DNA of 32,000 bases from Chlamydiales bacterium (GCA_041395025.1 JAWLBH010000001.1:750001-782000); one strand, 5' to 3'. Counted from the stretch's first letter, positions 9,107 through 18,374 are shown. Notes: generated from the letters alone by a model not told the origin. Translations and numbers: made by a program.

Positions 9107-9279
9107 AGTTCATCTCCATGATAATAGAATCAATCATCTGTTCCTATTTTTACTGAATGATACCAAAGGTACGAGATATATAGTAGATCGATTTCTCTGG
9201 TAATAAAAAATCTATTTTCAAATCGAATGAATAAAGAAATTTCTTTTAATTAAAAGAAGTGTTTCACTGAGGGGTTTGA

Positions 9280-9828
9280 TTAGAAAAGTTCTATCTGACT
9301 TAGAGGAATATCTTGGTTTTCAATAGGGATTGAAGGAATCATTTGTTCTTTAAAACCCACTCCAATAGATAGGCAATTCATAGAACTAAGGAAACGGTCA
9401 TAGTATCCTTTCCCATAACCAATTCTATTATTTTGAAAATCAAAACCCAAAGCCGGGATTAATGCAATTTCTACCTCTTTGACTTGTTCACATTTCTCAG
9501 GGATAGGTTCATGAATCCCAAATTTTCCCCTATATAATTGCTGTTCAATATCTTCTATTCTATATATTGTAAGAGATTGATCTTCAACTTTGGGTAATAA
9601 GAGTTGACCATTGACTGCTAAACACTGATTTATGTGTGAGGTATTAATTTCAGAGCAAAGACTCCAGAAAGATAGTACCGAATGATAAGGGGTGAGTAGA
9701 GGAAGTAGATGATCTTTTAGAGCTTGAGCAGCTTCCTCCTGCCTTTGAGGAGGTAGCGTTTTTCGTATGGTTTTTAAGAATTTACGTAGAGAATTTTTAA
9801 TTAACAGGGATTCCATCTTGGTAATCAA
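9280..9828 (-). CDS. ygfA: 5-formyltetrahydrofolate cyclo-ligase (MTHFS)
   Basis: The family signature LIPALGFDFQNNRIGYGKGYYDRFL is present and the ~180-aa size fits. It sits next to recA, as I recall for Chlamydia. The start may instead be the internal ATG at Met5 (9816). Confidence 0.85.
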   Translation of the reverse strand: MITKMESLLIKNSLRKFLKTIRKTLPPQRQEEAAQALKDHLLPLLTPYHSVLSFWSLCSEINTSHINQCLAVNGQLLLPKVEDQSLTIYRIEDIEQQLYRGKFGIHEPIPEKCEQVKEVEIALIPALGFDFQNNRIGYGKGYYDRFLSSMNCLSIGVGFKEQMIPSIPIENQDIPLSQIELF

Positions 9829-11068
9829 TCTTGTTTAAAAATATTCCCTCCGGATTAAAAAGAGTTGCAGTCCCATGACCTTTTTCGACCTTAGAAAGAG
9901 GGATATTCTCTCCTAGACGATAGTATTCTCCTTTTATAAGTTTGTCATTGCTGTATTCTTCAACAAGCATGAGATTCCCATTGCGGTACCAAGCTGTAAG
10001 CAGGCCATTTTTTCTGTTTCCACTCATTTCACGTTGGCTTTCATTTTGCCCATTCTCATACCATGTTTTGACGGGACCTTGAAGGACTCCGCAATGCCAG
10101 GTTAGCAACAATTTGGTTTGGTTAGTATTAGGGAAGTAGTCTACCTCTTCTCCCTGCTTGAGTCCATTTTCTAGATGGTAAATCCGGATCAGTTTTTCTT
10201 CTTCATCAAACACATGAATAGCACCCTCTTGAATTCCATTTTGAAATTCTTGCAATTCTTGTAAACTTTCTTTTCCAAAAACTGCCCGCCATCCTTCACC
10301 TTTTCTAATTTCAGAAATTTTGCTGCCACATGGATTTAAATAATCTCCTTCCATCAGCAAATCTTTTTTATACTGTTCATGATAGGCCTGTTCCCCATTA
10401 TTCCAGTAACGAATCGCTTCCCCTTCTTTTTCTCCGTGGTTGTAATCAATAGTTTGAAAAAGCCTACCATTATCAAGATAAATCTTTTGGGTCCCTTGTA
10501 AAAATCCTTTGTCATAAGGGGTAATTTTCCAAACTAAGCTGTTGTCATGATAGTAAATAACCTCTCCTTCTAATTCTCCTTTGTTATAGGGAATTTGAGC
10601 GATTAAAATCCCTTCTTCATTCCATACGCGATTTAACCCTTCAAATAACCAACTTTGTTCAGCACTGGTATCGAGATCAGCGATTCCACCAATCACCTTG
10701 GCATCAATTTTCATTTGACCATTAGGAAACCATTCTTGATAGCTTCCATAAGCTCGATTATTGATTGCTTCAAGATATTGTTTAGGTTGTCCATTAGGAT
10801 GGTAGCTAGTAAGATAAGAATGAATATTTCCATTCTTTTTTCTTCCATAGACACGAAGTACTTTTTGATAAGGCTGAGGGGTAAGAAAATTTGTTTTATC
10901 AAATGTACTTAAGCGATCTTTCGAACTAATTGTTTCAGACATCCCATTTCGATCAATAATATTCATACTGGTGATCATCTCAGGTTCGAACTCCTTTTTA
11001 AAAGGGAGTAGACAGCCATTAAAAAGAAAAAGGGTAGACAAGAGAAATACAAAGATGTATTGATTCAT
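9797..11068 (-). CDS. Secreted/lipoprotein-like MORN-variant (YwqK-type) repeat protein
   Basis: The N-terminus MNQYIFVFLLSTLFLFNGC is a signal peptide with a possible, non-canonical lipobox Cys19. The body consists of ~23-aa repeats of the G-x-x-x-x-Y-x-x-N-G type, for example EGEAIRYWNNGEQAYHEQY, QGPVKTWYENGQ and GLLTAWYRNGNLMLVEEY. Its ATG overlaps the upstream stop as ATGA (11065-11068). Confidence 0.75.
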   Translation of the reverse strand: MNQYIFVFLLSTLFLFNGCLLPFKKEFEPEMITSMNIIDRNGMSETISSKDRLSTFDKTNFLTPQPYQKVLRVYGRKKNGNIHSYLTSYHPNGQPKQYLEAINNRAYGSYQEWFPNGQMKIDAKVIGGIADLDTSAEQSWLFEGLNRVWNEEGILIAQIPYNKGELEGEVIYYHDNSLVWKITPYDKGFLQGTQKIYLDNGRLFQTIDYNHGEKEGEAIRYWNNGEQAYHEQYKKDLLMEGDYLNPCGSKISEIRKGEGWRAVFGKESLQELQEFQNGIQEGAIHVFDEEEKLIRIYHLENGLKQGEEVDYFPNTNQTKLLLTWHCGVLQGPVKTWYENGQNESQREMSGNRKNGLLTAWYRNGNLMLVEEYSNDKLIKGEYYRLGENIPLSKVEKGHGTATLFNPEGIFLNKIDYQDGIPVN

Positions 11069-11679
11069 TCAAAAAACTCCCTTTTTAATAGTTTTAAGTT
11101 AAGTTCAAAAATCTGATTCCCCTCCAATTGAGTTTTCTTATTTAATTCAAAGTCTGTAATAATAATTTGTGGTTTTTCTCTTTGATCGCCCTCTAAACAG
11201 ACTAGAATATTGTGAAGATCCTCAATATCGACTTCTACAGTGTGAGCTTGCATCAATGTTGTTTCTTGCATATGATCACCTGAATGGGGGGATTTCTCAA
11301 CGAAACGTAAACAGTTGGCTTCTCCCATTAAAAAAGCATAGCGTTTTTCTGCCATTTTATTTCCTGTAAAAGAGGGATTTTTGAGAAGATTTATCAGTGC
11401 TAGACGCTCTTTTTTGAGAAAATCTATCGACTCTAGGTGATTGCTCAAGTAGTTATGATCAGTATGGCTATACTTTTTTCGAACTGCATTGTTAATAGAC
11501 TGTTTGTCTCTTTTCTCTATAGATAAAGATTGGATAGTTTGTATTCTCTTTGCAACTAAACTCCATTTTTTTTTCTCTTTTATATAAGAATAACCAATAA
11601 CAAAAAGCGTCAAGACCACCGATAGAAGGAGATAAAAAAGAAACCGAAAGGGAGAGATTGCGTGATGCAGTTTTTTCAT
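11065..11679 (-). CDS. Single-pass membrane protein, hypothetical (PilO/GspM-like topology)
   Basis: The 204-aa product has a short basic N-terminus and one TM segment (FRFLFYLLLSVVLTLFVIGYSYI). A predicted helical segment and a ~130-aa extracytoplasmic domain follow. It has ATGA overlaps with both the upstream (11676-11679) and downstream genes. The functional label is inference from topology and position only. Confidence 0.6.
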   Translation of the reverse strand: MKKLHHAISPFRFLFYLLLSVVLTLFVIGYSYIKEKKKWSLVAKRIQTIQSLSIEKRDKQSINNAVRKKYSHTDHNYLSNHLESIDFLKKERLALINLLKNPSFTGNKMAEKRYAFLMGEANCLRFVEKSPHSGDHMQETTLMQAHTVEVDIEDLHNILVCLEGDQREKPQIIITDFELNKKTQLEGNQIFELNLKLLKREFFE

Positions 11680-13067
11680 GAGTTATATTGAGTTTTGTCT
11701 TTTAAATAAAAACTAGTCTTGTACTTTCCTTTGGAATTAGACCATTCCACAGCTTCTTTGGGGTCAATAACATTTTGAGCAGAGAGAAGAGCATTGTGAA
11801 AAGCATCAGTGGTTTCAGTACTTTTCGAGAAAAATTCTATTTCCACCCTGACTTTATATCGCTCATCTTTTCGAGAAAAATCAGGACGTTTGATCATAGA
11901 ATATTGGATAGAATCTATTGCGATTGAGGGTTGTTTAGCAAGCCAAGCTAATAATTCGCTTACATTAGGAATGTTTGGAAGCATGGGATAGGTGTTAGGA
12001 CGAGAGTTGATGGTTTTTTCTATTTTTTCGAGGGTGAATAAATAGTCATCAGCGTCTAATAGTTGTTCTGTTAGAATATTTTTTCCTTCAGCTTGGAGTA
12101 AAGATACAACACTCTCTTCTATTCGTTTTTTTTCTTGATTCAGAGAGATTTTGGCAAAACTCAGTAGAGTTCCTAGCAGAATCCCTAATAGGGTGATAGA
12201 AGTGATCAGTGGTTTCTTAAAACGTGACCATTGGTAGGGGTAAGAGCGCTTTTCCTCGATGAAATTGATTTCATAGCCCGCAATCGCTCCCCCAATAGCA
12301 AGCCCATATTCTCTTAAATCTTCATTTGATACATTTGAAGCTAAGAGAGAGGGGCATTTGACCATTTTCCCTGTAGCCGCTTCAATTTGCTCAGGATGTC
12401 TACCCAATAAAAAAATGGTATCGATTTTTTTCGTTTTATGTGATGAAGCAAAACTTAACACTGTCTTCTGAACCTCATTCCCAAGATGCTGAGTTTTTTT
12501 GAAAGCACGAGCAGCTAAAAGTTTTCCTTGATCTACTAAGATACATGTTGTTTCTTCTTCTCCTTCATAAACAAGAAAATTGATTGCACTACTTTCTGTA
12601 AAAAGTCTTGTTAAAGCAGCGAGTGCATAAGGCACGCAAGTGACGACTTGTGGTACGATATTTTTTGTGTGAAGAGCTTTTAGATGTTCTTCAAGATGGT
12701 CTTTTCGCACAGAAAAATGAGTCAAAAGGGTGGCATGAGATTTCTTTTTTATCTTTTGAAATCGAATGATAGCTTGATCGATAGAGTAAGGTAAAAGAGG
12801 TTCTAGTTGGAAAGGAATCGCTGCTTGAATATCTTTATCTTTCTCTACTTGGATCTCAGAACCACGCACAAGGACTCCTTTTGAAGGAAGAAGAGAAATA
12901 GTCGTACCTTCATCCAAAAGAGAAATAAAATCTTCGGAATATTGATGAGTGGTGAGACTCATCAATTCCCATGCGGCTTTTTTTTTCTTTAACTTTGCAA
13001 GACGAACCGTCTCCTTATGGAGATCGATGCCAAAATAGATAGGCGCAGAAGGAAAAAAAGAACCCAT
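11676..13067 (-). CDS. PilM-like actin-fold domain fused to a TM segment and periplasmic domain (PilM-PilN fusion / GspL-like), hypothetical
   Basis: The 463-aa product has several stretches that resemble PilM/GspL-cyto landmarks by eye: YFGIDLHKETVRLAKL, IQAAIPFQLEPLLPYSIDQAIIRF, TTCILVDQGKLLAARAF and EYGLAIGGAIAG. EINFIEEKR then sits where PilN has its INLLP-type motif. A TM segment lies at about aa 286-306 (PLITSITLLGILLGTLLSFAKI), followed by a ~155-aa C-terminal domain. That this is a real CDS is well supported. The family call is tentative. Confidence 0.6.
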   Translation of the reverse strand: MGSFFPSAPIYFGIDLHKETVRLAKLKKKKAAWELMSLTTHQYSEDFISLLDEGTTISLLPSKGVLVRGSEIQVEKDKDIQAAIPFQLEPLLPYSIDQAIIRFQKIKKKSHATLLTHFSVRKDHLEEHLKALHTKNIVPQVVTCVPYALAALTRLFTESSAINFLVYEGEEETTCILVDQGKLLAARAFKKTQHLGNEVQKTVLSFASSHKTKKIDTIFLLGRHPEQIEAATGKMVKCPSLLASNVSNEDLREYGLAIGGAIAGYEINFIEEKRSYPYQWSRFKKPLITSITLLGILLGTLLSFAKISLNQEKKRIEESVVSLLQAEGKNILTEQLLDADDYLFTLEKIEKTINSRPNTYPMLPNIPNVSELLAWLAKQPSIAIDSIQYSMIKRPDFSRKDERYKVRVEIEFFSKSTETTDAFHNALLSAQNVIDPKEAVEWSNSKGKYKTSFYLKDKTQYNS

Positions 13068-13183
13068 ACTAAGTCAAATAAATTGTATTGTTTTTGTAAA
13101 AATTATAAACTAATGAGTCGGATGATTCAACTGGAAAAGAATAAGAAAATTTATGTAAAATGATGCTTTTTTTGTAATTAAAA

Positions 13184-13432
13184 ATGCTTTTATATACTTT
13201 AAATATTCTTTTTACCTCTTATACGTTCATGCTATTGATACGGGTTTTTGGCTCGTGGTTTCCTAACTTATCTCAAAATCGATTTATGTATTTTATTGCT
13301 TTTTATACCGATCCTTATCTAAATGTTTTTCGGAAAATTCTTCCACCCTTTGGTCCACTTGATATTAGCCCAATGATTGCTTTTTTTGTGCTTCAAATTA
13401 TAGAGGCGATAGTATTTAAAATACTTCGATAA
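13184..13432 (+). CDS. yggT: YggT family small membrane protein
   Basis: The 82-aa product has two hydrophobic helices. It also shows the YGGT-type pattern (LLIRVFGSWFP ... DPYLNVFRKILPPFGPLDISPMIAFFVLQI). Confidence 0.7.
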   Translation: MLLYTLNILFTSYTFMLLIRVFGSWFPNLSQNRFMYFIAFYTDPYLNVFRKILPPFGPLDISPMIAFFVLQIIEAIVFKILR

Positions 13433-13439
13433 TGTCCTT

Positions 13440-14390
13440 ATGCAAGAGATCACTCCTTTCCCTCAAATTACTTATGCTCCGTTGGCAGGTTGTTCAGATT
13501 ATTCTTTTCGTCAGATGTCTGCTCGCTATCGCCCAGGATTGATGTTTTGCGAGATGGTAAAAATGGAACCCATGTTACGTAATTGTCCAAATACTTATCA
13601 AATGTTGAACTACAATGAGTCTATGCGTCCGATTGGAGGACAAATTTGTGGGAGTCAACCAAAATTGGCAGGACTATGTGCTAAAATTATTGAAGATTTA
13701 GGATTTGATGTTGTGGATCTGAACTGCGGTTGTCCTGTTGACAAGGTGACAAAAGATGGTAGTGGTTCTGCAATGCTCAAAGATCCAGAGCGGATTGGGG
13801 AAGCGATTTCTCATATGGTAGCAGCTGTAAAAATTCCTGTTACAGTCAAGATAAGAGCGGGTTGGGACGAGAAAAGCATTAATGCTCCTCTCATCACTCA
13901 AATTGTTGAAGAGGCAGGAGCTCGCGCAATTTTTATCCATGGACGAACTCGAGCTCAAGCCTATCGAGGAGGAGCAAATTGGACTCATATCAAATCATCG
14001 AAGGCAGTAGCTAAAAAGATCAAGGTGATCGGTAATGGGGATATATTTAATGCGGATGCAGCTATACGCATGTTAAAAGAAACTCATTGTGATGGGATTT
14101 TAGTTTCCCGAGGAACCATGGGACAACCATGGATTGTAGAAGATATTCGTCATTTAATCAAAGGTGATCCCCCTATTGACCGCTCCTATCTAGATTATCG
14201 ACAAGCGCTTTTGGACCATATCCATTACTTACGAGAGCATAAAGATCCACGAAATGCTCTTATTACCATTCGAAAGATCTCTGGTTGGTATCTTAAAGAT
14301 GCGCCTAATGTTCGCTATTTGCGCAAGGCAGTGAGTCAAGCTTCATCTTTAGATGAGGCATATAAGTTAATTTGCTTGTTTGACCAATGA
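13440..14390 (+). CDS. dusB: tRNA-dihydrouridine synthase
   Basis: The N-terminal sequence is APLAGCSDYSFRQM. The catalytic region DLNCGCPVDKVTKDGSGSAML and IHGRTRAQ are present, consistent with a TIM-barrel Dus family protein. Confidence 0.9.
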   Translation: MQEITPFPQITYAPLAGCSDYSFRQMSARYRPGLMFCEMVKMEPMLRNCPNTYQMLNYNESMRPIGGQICGSQPKLAGLCAKIIEDLGFDVVDLNCGCPVDKVTKDGSGSAMLKDPERIGEAISHMVAAVKIPVTVKIRAGWDEKSINAPLITQIVEEAGARAIFIHGRTRAQAYRGGANWTHIKSSKAVAKKIKVIGNGDIFNADAAIRMLKETHCDGILVSRGTMGQPWIVEDIRHLIKGDPPIDRSYLDYRQALLDHIHYLREHKDPRNALITIRKISGWYLKDAPNVRYLRKAVSQASSLDEAYKLICLFDQ

Positions 14391-14659
14391 AAGAATTACA
14401 TAGCATTGTTCATGGCAGGGTACAAGGTGTTGGATTTCGTAGGTTAATTTTACATTATGCTGAGAAATATCTTTTAAGAGGCATAACGAGAAATCTTTCG
14501 GATGGCACAGTAGAAATTTGTGCTCAGGGGTCTCAGAAGTCGTTGGAATTATTTCTTCAAGATTTGAAACAACATAAGGGCGCCCCTCAAATTAAATCCA
14601 TAGAAACGAGTTATAAAGAAGCAGTAAAAAAATTTGAAGATTTTAGAATTATTTACTAA
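14387..14659 (+). CDS. acyP: Acylphosphatase
   Basis: The 90-aa product carries the signature VHGRVQGVGFRR. Its start forms an ATGA overlap with the dus stop. Confidence 0.88.
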   Translation: MKELHSIVHGRVQGVGFRRLILHYAEKYLLRGITRNLSDGTVEICAQGSQKSLELFLQDLKQHKGAPQIKSIETSYKEAVKKFEDFRIIY

Positions 14660-14796
14660 AGATCTATATGGTAAATCCTCAATGCTCTTTTAAAAGATCT
14701 ATTTCCAAAAGTCGTAGCCACTCATTTTTGATTTCCATCGATAGAGATCAAGATTTTTGGTAGAAGGAAAAATCTCATCTCGATATTATAAATTTC

Positions 14797-14847
14797 ATGA
14801 AAACCAATGCCTATGTCATCCGCTTTTTTTGGCGGATTTCTTCTTAA
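14797..14847 (+). promoter_or_regulatory. Candidate 16-codon leader uORF (MKTNAYVIRFFWRISS) in the tyrP leader
   Basis: The frame reads ATG 14797 ... TAA 14845-14847. Codons Y6, F10, F11 and W12 are aromatic, and the F-F-W-R codons lie on the hairpin at 14818-14837. I see no clear Shine-Dalgarno sequence. The uORF could be fortuitous. Confidence 0.2.
14818..14845 (+). terminator. Terminator-like hairpin: either the terminator of the yggT-dusB-acyP unit or an attenuator in front of tyrP
   Basis: ATCCGC (14818-14823) pairs with GCGGAT (14832-14837) around an 8-nt loop TTTTTTTG, followed by TTCTTCTT. This GC core stands out in an AT-rich spacer. It lies 160 nt after the acyP stop and 44 nt before the tyrP ATG. 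Confidence 0.35.
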
Positions 14848-14888
14848 AATCTTTTCTATTTTCTTCTCATATTTTTAAAGGATTACAG

Positions 14889-16151
14889 ATGGTTAAATTA
14901 GCGAATTTCCATATTCAAGAAGGCAGTGTTTTTGGAGGTATTCTTCTGATTTCTGGTAGTTGTATTGGAGCAGGAATGTTGGCTATTCCTGTGATTACAG
15001 GGATTGCGGGTTTTGTTCCCTCGATTTTACTTTTTCTTTTAGCTTGGCTTTTCATGACCGCCACCGGTTTTCTTCTTTTAGAAGCTAATCTCGCGGTTGG
15101 TTATGACTGCAGCTTAATTTCCATCGCAGAAAGAACTTTAGGTAAGGTCGGTAAAATCCTCTGCTGGGTTCTCTTTCTTTTTCTTTTCTATTCCTTAAGT
15201 ATTGCCTATATTGCAGCAAGTGGTTCGATTTTACACGGATTGACAATCGATTTTTTCAATCTTAATCTCCCAGTTTGGGGAGGTGGGTGTCTATTAACTA
15301 TTATTTTTACTCTTGTCTTATATAGTGGGGCACGTCGTGTGGATTATTTTAATCGATTTTTGATGATCGGTCTTATTCTGACTTATTTGATTTTGATTCT
15401 CTTTGGCAGTTTTTACATTCATCCAGATTATTTATCTTTAAAACAGTGGAAATATGCCTTGCCTTCTCTTCCTGTTTTAATTATTTCTTTTGGTTTTCAT
15501 AACATGATTCCTTCTCTTGCGATTTACATGAAAGGAGATCGAAAACGACTGAGAATCACGGTATTAGTTGGGAGTGCAATTCCTTTAATCATTTATCTTT
15601 TATGGGAAACTGTCATGCTAGGAATTGTGCCTTTAGAAGGACGTACAGGATGGCTCCATGCTTTAAATCAAGGAGAGGCAGCCACTCAAACTTTACGTGC
15701 TGTTGTTGGAATATCCTGGATAAATTATATTGCACAGGGATTTGCCTTATTTGCCATCATTACCTCTTTTCTTGCTCAGTCTTTAAGTTTGGTCGATTTT
15801 TTAGCAGATGGTCTAAAAATTCCAAAGGTGGGTTTAGGACGGTGTGCTCTAGTTTTGCTTACCCTCATTCCTCCTTTCATTTTGGCTTATGCTTATCCAG
15901 GAATTTTTATCAAAGCTCTCAATTTTGGAGGTGGATTTTCTGCCGTCATTCTTTTTGGTTTTTTACCCGTAATCATGGTCTGGGTCTTACGTTATAGATG
16001 GAGAAAAAATATGGTTCATATCCTCCCGTTGGGGCGGTTGCTGCTTGGATTGATCATGTTGATTGGAATGAGTATTTTTTTTATTCAATTATTTACTCAA
16101 ATGACCTCCTCTTCTGTTTCTGATTCTATTGAGGTCTACGATGATCACTAA
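14889..16151 (+). CDS. tyrP: Aromatic amino acid permease, HAAAP family (TyrP/Mtr-like), copy 1
   Basis: The N-terminal motif is GSCIGAGMLAIPV, and the ~420-aa product is polytopic with about 11 TM segments. I prefer ATG 14889 (MVKLANFHIQEG...) because it aligns with the paralog N-terminus. The 44 extra codons from TTG 14757 in the track have no counterpart in the paralog. Substrate specificity (Tyr or Trp) cannot be read from the sequence. Confidence 0.85.
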   Translation: MVKLANFHIQEGSVFGGILLISGSCIGAGMLAIPVITGIAGFVPSILLFLLAWLFMTATGFLLLEANLAVGYDCSLISIAERTLGKVGKILCWVLFLFLFYSLSIAYIAASGSILHGLTIDFFNLNLPVWGGGCLLTIIFTLVLYSGARRVDYFNRFLMIGLILTYLILILFGSFYIHPDYLSLKQWKYALPSLPVLIISFGFHNMIPSLAIYMKGDRKRLRITVLVGSAIPLIIYLLWETVMLGIVPLEGRTGWLHALNQGEAATQTLRAVVGISWINYIAQGFALFAIITSFLAQSLSLVDFLADGLKIPKVGLGRCALVLLTLIPPFILAYAYPGIFIKALNFGGGFSAVILFGFLPVIMVWVLRYRWRKNMVHILPLGRLLLGLIMLIGMSIFFIQLFTQMTSSSVSDSIEVYDDH

Positions 16152-17340
16152 AAATAACCGTATGATGGGGGCGATTTTTCTTGTTGCGGGGACGACGATT
16201 GGAGCAGGAATGCTGGCTTTACCTATCACTACGGGTTTAGCGGGTTTTGTGCCTTCTTTGGTGATTATGACTCTCATTTGGCTTTTTATGATGTTAACGG
16301 CATTCTATCTGCTTGAGGTCAATTTATCTTTAAAAGGAGAAAGTAATCTTATTTCAATGGCTCATCAAACTCTAGGCAAGCCGGGTGAAATCCTCGCTTG
16401 GATGACTTATCTATTACTACTTTATTCTCTTACTGCAGCTTATATGGTAGGATGTAGCCAGATTATTTCTACCCTTTTCCAAGAGAGCTTCTTCATTGAA
16501 CTGCCCCATTATATTTGGCCTGTCGCAATATTTTGTATTTTTGGCATTTTCCTCTACTTTGGTACAGAAGTCGTCGATATTCTAAATCGAATTTTAATGG
16601 CAGTTTTAATGATTACCTATCTTGGTTTGATCAGTTTTGGATGGAAATACATTGATTTAAAGATGTTAAATCATATCAACTGGAATTTCCTTCTCCCTTC
16701 TATTTCTGTCTTAGTGACCACTTTTGGGTATCACATCATTCTTCCCACTTTGACCACCTATTTAGAGCATGATAGTAAACGTCTGAAATGGTCTATTTTC
16801 ATTGGGAGTTTGATCGCTTTTATTGTTTATTTAATTTGGCAATTTCTTGTGATGGGTTTGATTCCTGTAGAAGGGGAAAATGGTTTGTTGGGGGCAGCTC
16901 AGAAAGAGATGCCGGTTTCATTATTATTAGAATTGGTGGTACATCATCCATTTTTTAGTCTATTTGTCCATGCATTTGCTTTTTTTGCGATCATCACTTC
17001 TCTTCTTGGAGTGGGTCTGAGTCTTTTGGATTTTTTAGCCGATGGCTTAAAAATTAAAAAGACGCATATAGGAAAATTATGTTTAATTCTTCTTACCTTT
17101 GTTCCTCCGCTTCTATTTACCTTTTTTTATCCTCAAGGCTTTATTGCTGCACTAAATTATGCGGGGTTTTTTGTCATCATTCTTCTTGGAATTCTTCCCA
17201 TTCTCATGGCATGGTTTCAGCGTTATAGAAATGATGAAAAATTTTTAGAATTCAAATTTAAAGTTTTTGGTGGGAAAAAACTGCTCACAGTGACAATTTT
17301 CCTAGCGATTTTCTTATTATCAGTCGAGATTTTTTCATGA
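16141..17340 (+). CDS. tyrP: Aromatic amino acid permease, HAAAP family (TyrP/Mtr-like), copy 2
   Basis: This is a tandem paralog of the upstream gene. Shared blocks include [17 protein letters not shown](V/L)DFLADGLKI and RYR near the C-terminus. ATG 16141 overlaps the copy-1 stop by 11 nt, whereas the track uses TTG 16129. Confidence 0.85.
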   Translation: MITKNNRMMGAIFLVAGTTIGAGMLALPITTGLAGFVPSLVIMTLIWLFMMLTAFYLLEVNLSLKGESNLISMAHQTLGKPGEILAWMTYLLLLYSLTAAYMVGCSQIISTLFQESFFIELPHYIWPVAIFCIFGIFLYFGTEVVDILNRILMAVLMITYLGLISFGWKYIDLKMLNHINWNFLLPSISVLVTTFGYHIILPTLTTYLEHDSKRLKWSIFIGSLIAFIVYLIWQFLVMGLIPVEGENGLLGAAQKEMPVSLLLELVVHHPFFSLFVHAFAFFAIITSLLGVGLSLLDFLADGLKIKKTHIGKLCLILLTFVPPLLFTFFYPQGFIAALNYAGFFVIILLGILPILMAWFQRYRNDEKFLEFKFKVFGGKKLLTVTIFLAIFLLSVEIFS

Positions 17341-18374
17341 AAAAACGGATTGTCACAGGAGATCGTCCAACTGGAAAACTCCATTTAGGGCACTGGGTTG
17401 GTTCTATTCAGAATCGGTTAGCTTTGCAGGAGAAGTATGACTGTTATTTTTTAATTGCTGATCTACATACCTTAACAACGAAGCCACTCAAAAACGATAT
17501 TATAAAAATGAGATCTGACATTCGAGAAGTGGTCCTTGATTGGTTAAGTTGTGGGATTGATCCTGAGAAATCGACGATTTATCTTCAGTCGGCTATTCCT
17601 GAAGTGTATGAGATGAATCTCATTTTTGAGATGCTCGTTTCTTTGAATCGACTGACAGGGTTACCGAGCATAAAGGAGATGGCACGTCATGCAGATATTC
17701 CTGATGAAAGGATCTCTTTTGGATTAATTGGTTATCCCATTTTACAAAGCGCGGATATTTTACTCCCACGTGCTCATCTTGTGCCTGTCGGGAAAGATAA
17801 TGAAGCCCATATTGAATTGGCGCGAGATATAGCTCGGCGTTTTAATAATTATTATGGTGAAGTCTTTCCGCAGCCTGAAGTCCTTCTCAGTGAAACTTCT
17901 ACTCTCATTGGAACTGATGGCAAGGGCAAAATGAGTAAATCAGCTGGGAATGCGATTTTTCTTTCTGATTCTCGTTTAGAAATTGAGAAAAAAGTACGTA
18001 ACATCTTTACTGATACGAATCGAATTCACACACACATTGCTGGTAAAGTCGAAGGGAATCCCCTGTTTCTATTTCATGATGCATTTAATCCCCATAAAGA
18101 TGAAGTCAGTGATTTTAAAGCGCGTTATCGAGCTGGCAAAATTGGTGATCTTGAAATTAAAGAGCGTCTTATGGAAGAACTAGACAGACTTCTCTCTCCA
18201 ATACGTGCAAGACGCGAAGTCTATGAAAATCAAAAAGGGATCGTAGAAAAGATTATCTATCAAGGAACCTTAAAAATGCGTGAGATAGCTAAAGAGACCC
18301 TTAAAGAGATGCAAAGTGCGATGGGATTGAAAGGGTACTGGAATAAAATTTCAAGAATTGCCAGGAATGTTTAA
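17337..18374 (+). CDS. trpS: Tryptophanyl-tRNA synthetase
   Basis: The class I motifs are present: GKLHLGH (the HIGH motif) and KMSKS. The 345-aa length fits. Its start forms an ATGA overlap with the tyrP copy-2 stop (17337-17340). Confidence 0.95.
   Translation: MKKRIVTGDRPTGKLHLGHWVGSIQNRLALQEKYDCYFLIADLHTLTTKPLKNDIIKMRSDIREVVLDWLSCGIDPEKSTIYLQSAIPEVYEMNLIFEMLVSLNRLTGLPSIKEMARHADIPDERISFGLIGYPILQSADILLPRAHLVPVGKDNEAHIELARDIARRFNNYYGEVFPQPEVLLSETSTLIGTDGKGKMSKSAGNAIFLSDSRLEIEKKVRNIFTDTNRIHTHIAGKVEGNPLFLFHDAFNPHKDEVSDFKARYRAGKIGDLEIKERLMEELDRLLSPIRARREVYENQKGIVEKIIYQGTLKMREIAKETLKEMQSAMGLKGYWNKISRIARNV

Noticed and set aside
8244-9203. Four short ORFs overlap recA on the antisense strand or in other frames (8244..8453, 8536..8772, 8761..8946, 8919..9203).
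   Set aside because: They all lie within the unambiguous recA CDS or its promoter and have no independent support.
9797-11068. I considered calling the MORN-variant repeat protein a 'YwqK-family antitoxin', and therefore part of a toxin-antitoxin system.
   Set aside because: That label is a generic annotation for this repeat type. Here the protein has a signal peptide, there is no adjacent toxin candidate, and the gene is embedded in a conserved operon.
14658-14702. The 10-bp direct repeat AAAGATCTAT occurs at 14658-14667 and again at 14693-14702, each containing the palindrome AGATCT.
   Set aside because: It is too short, and AT-rich context makes chance repeats likely. The first copy overlaps the acyP stop codon. 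It is noted only as a possible operator to examine if the tyrP leader is studied.
14757-14888. The track gives a 44-codon N-terminal extension of the first permease (TTG start, MVEGKISSRYYKFHENQCLCHP...).
   Set aside because: The tandem paralog aligns from MVKLANFH... (ATG 14889). The extension has no counterpart in it and spans the hairpin and uORF region. It is more likely non-coding leader.
15602-15997. A 131-aa alternative-frame ORF lies inside tyrP copy 1.
   Set aside because: It is Cys/Arg/Phe-rich frame-shifted read-through of a membrane-protein gene. The overlapping frame has a clear permease identity.
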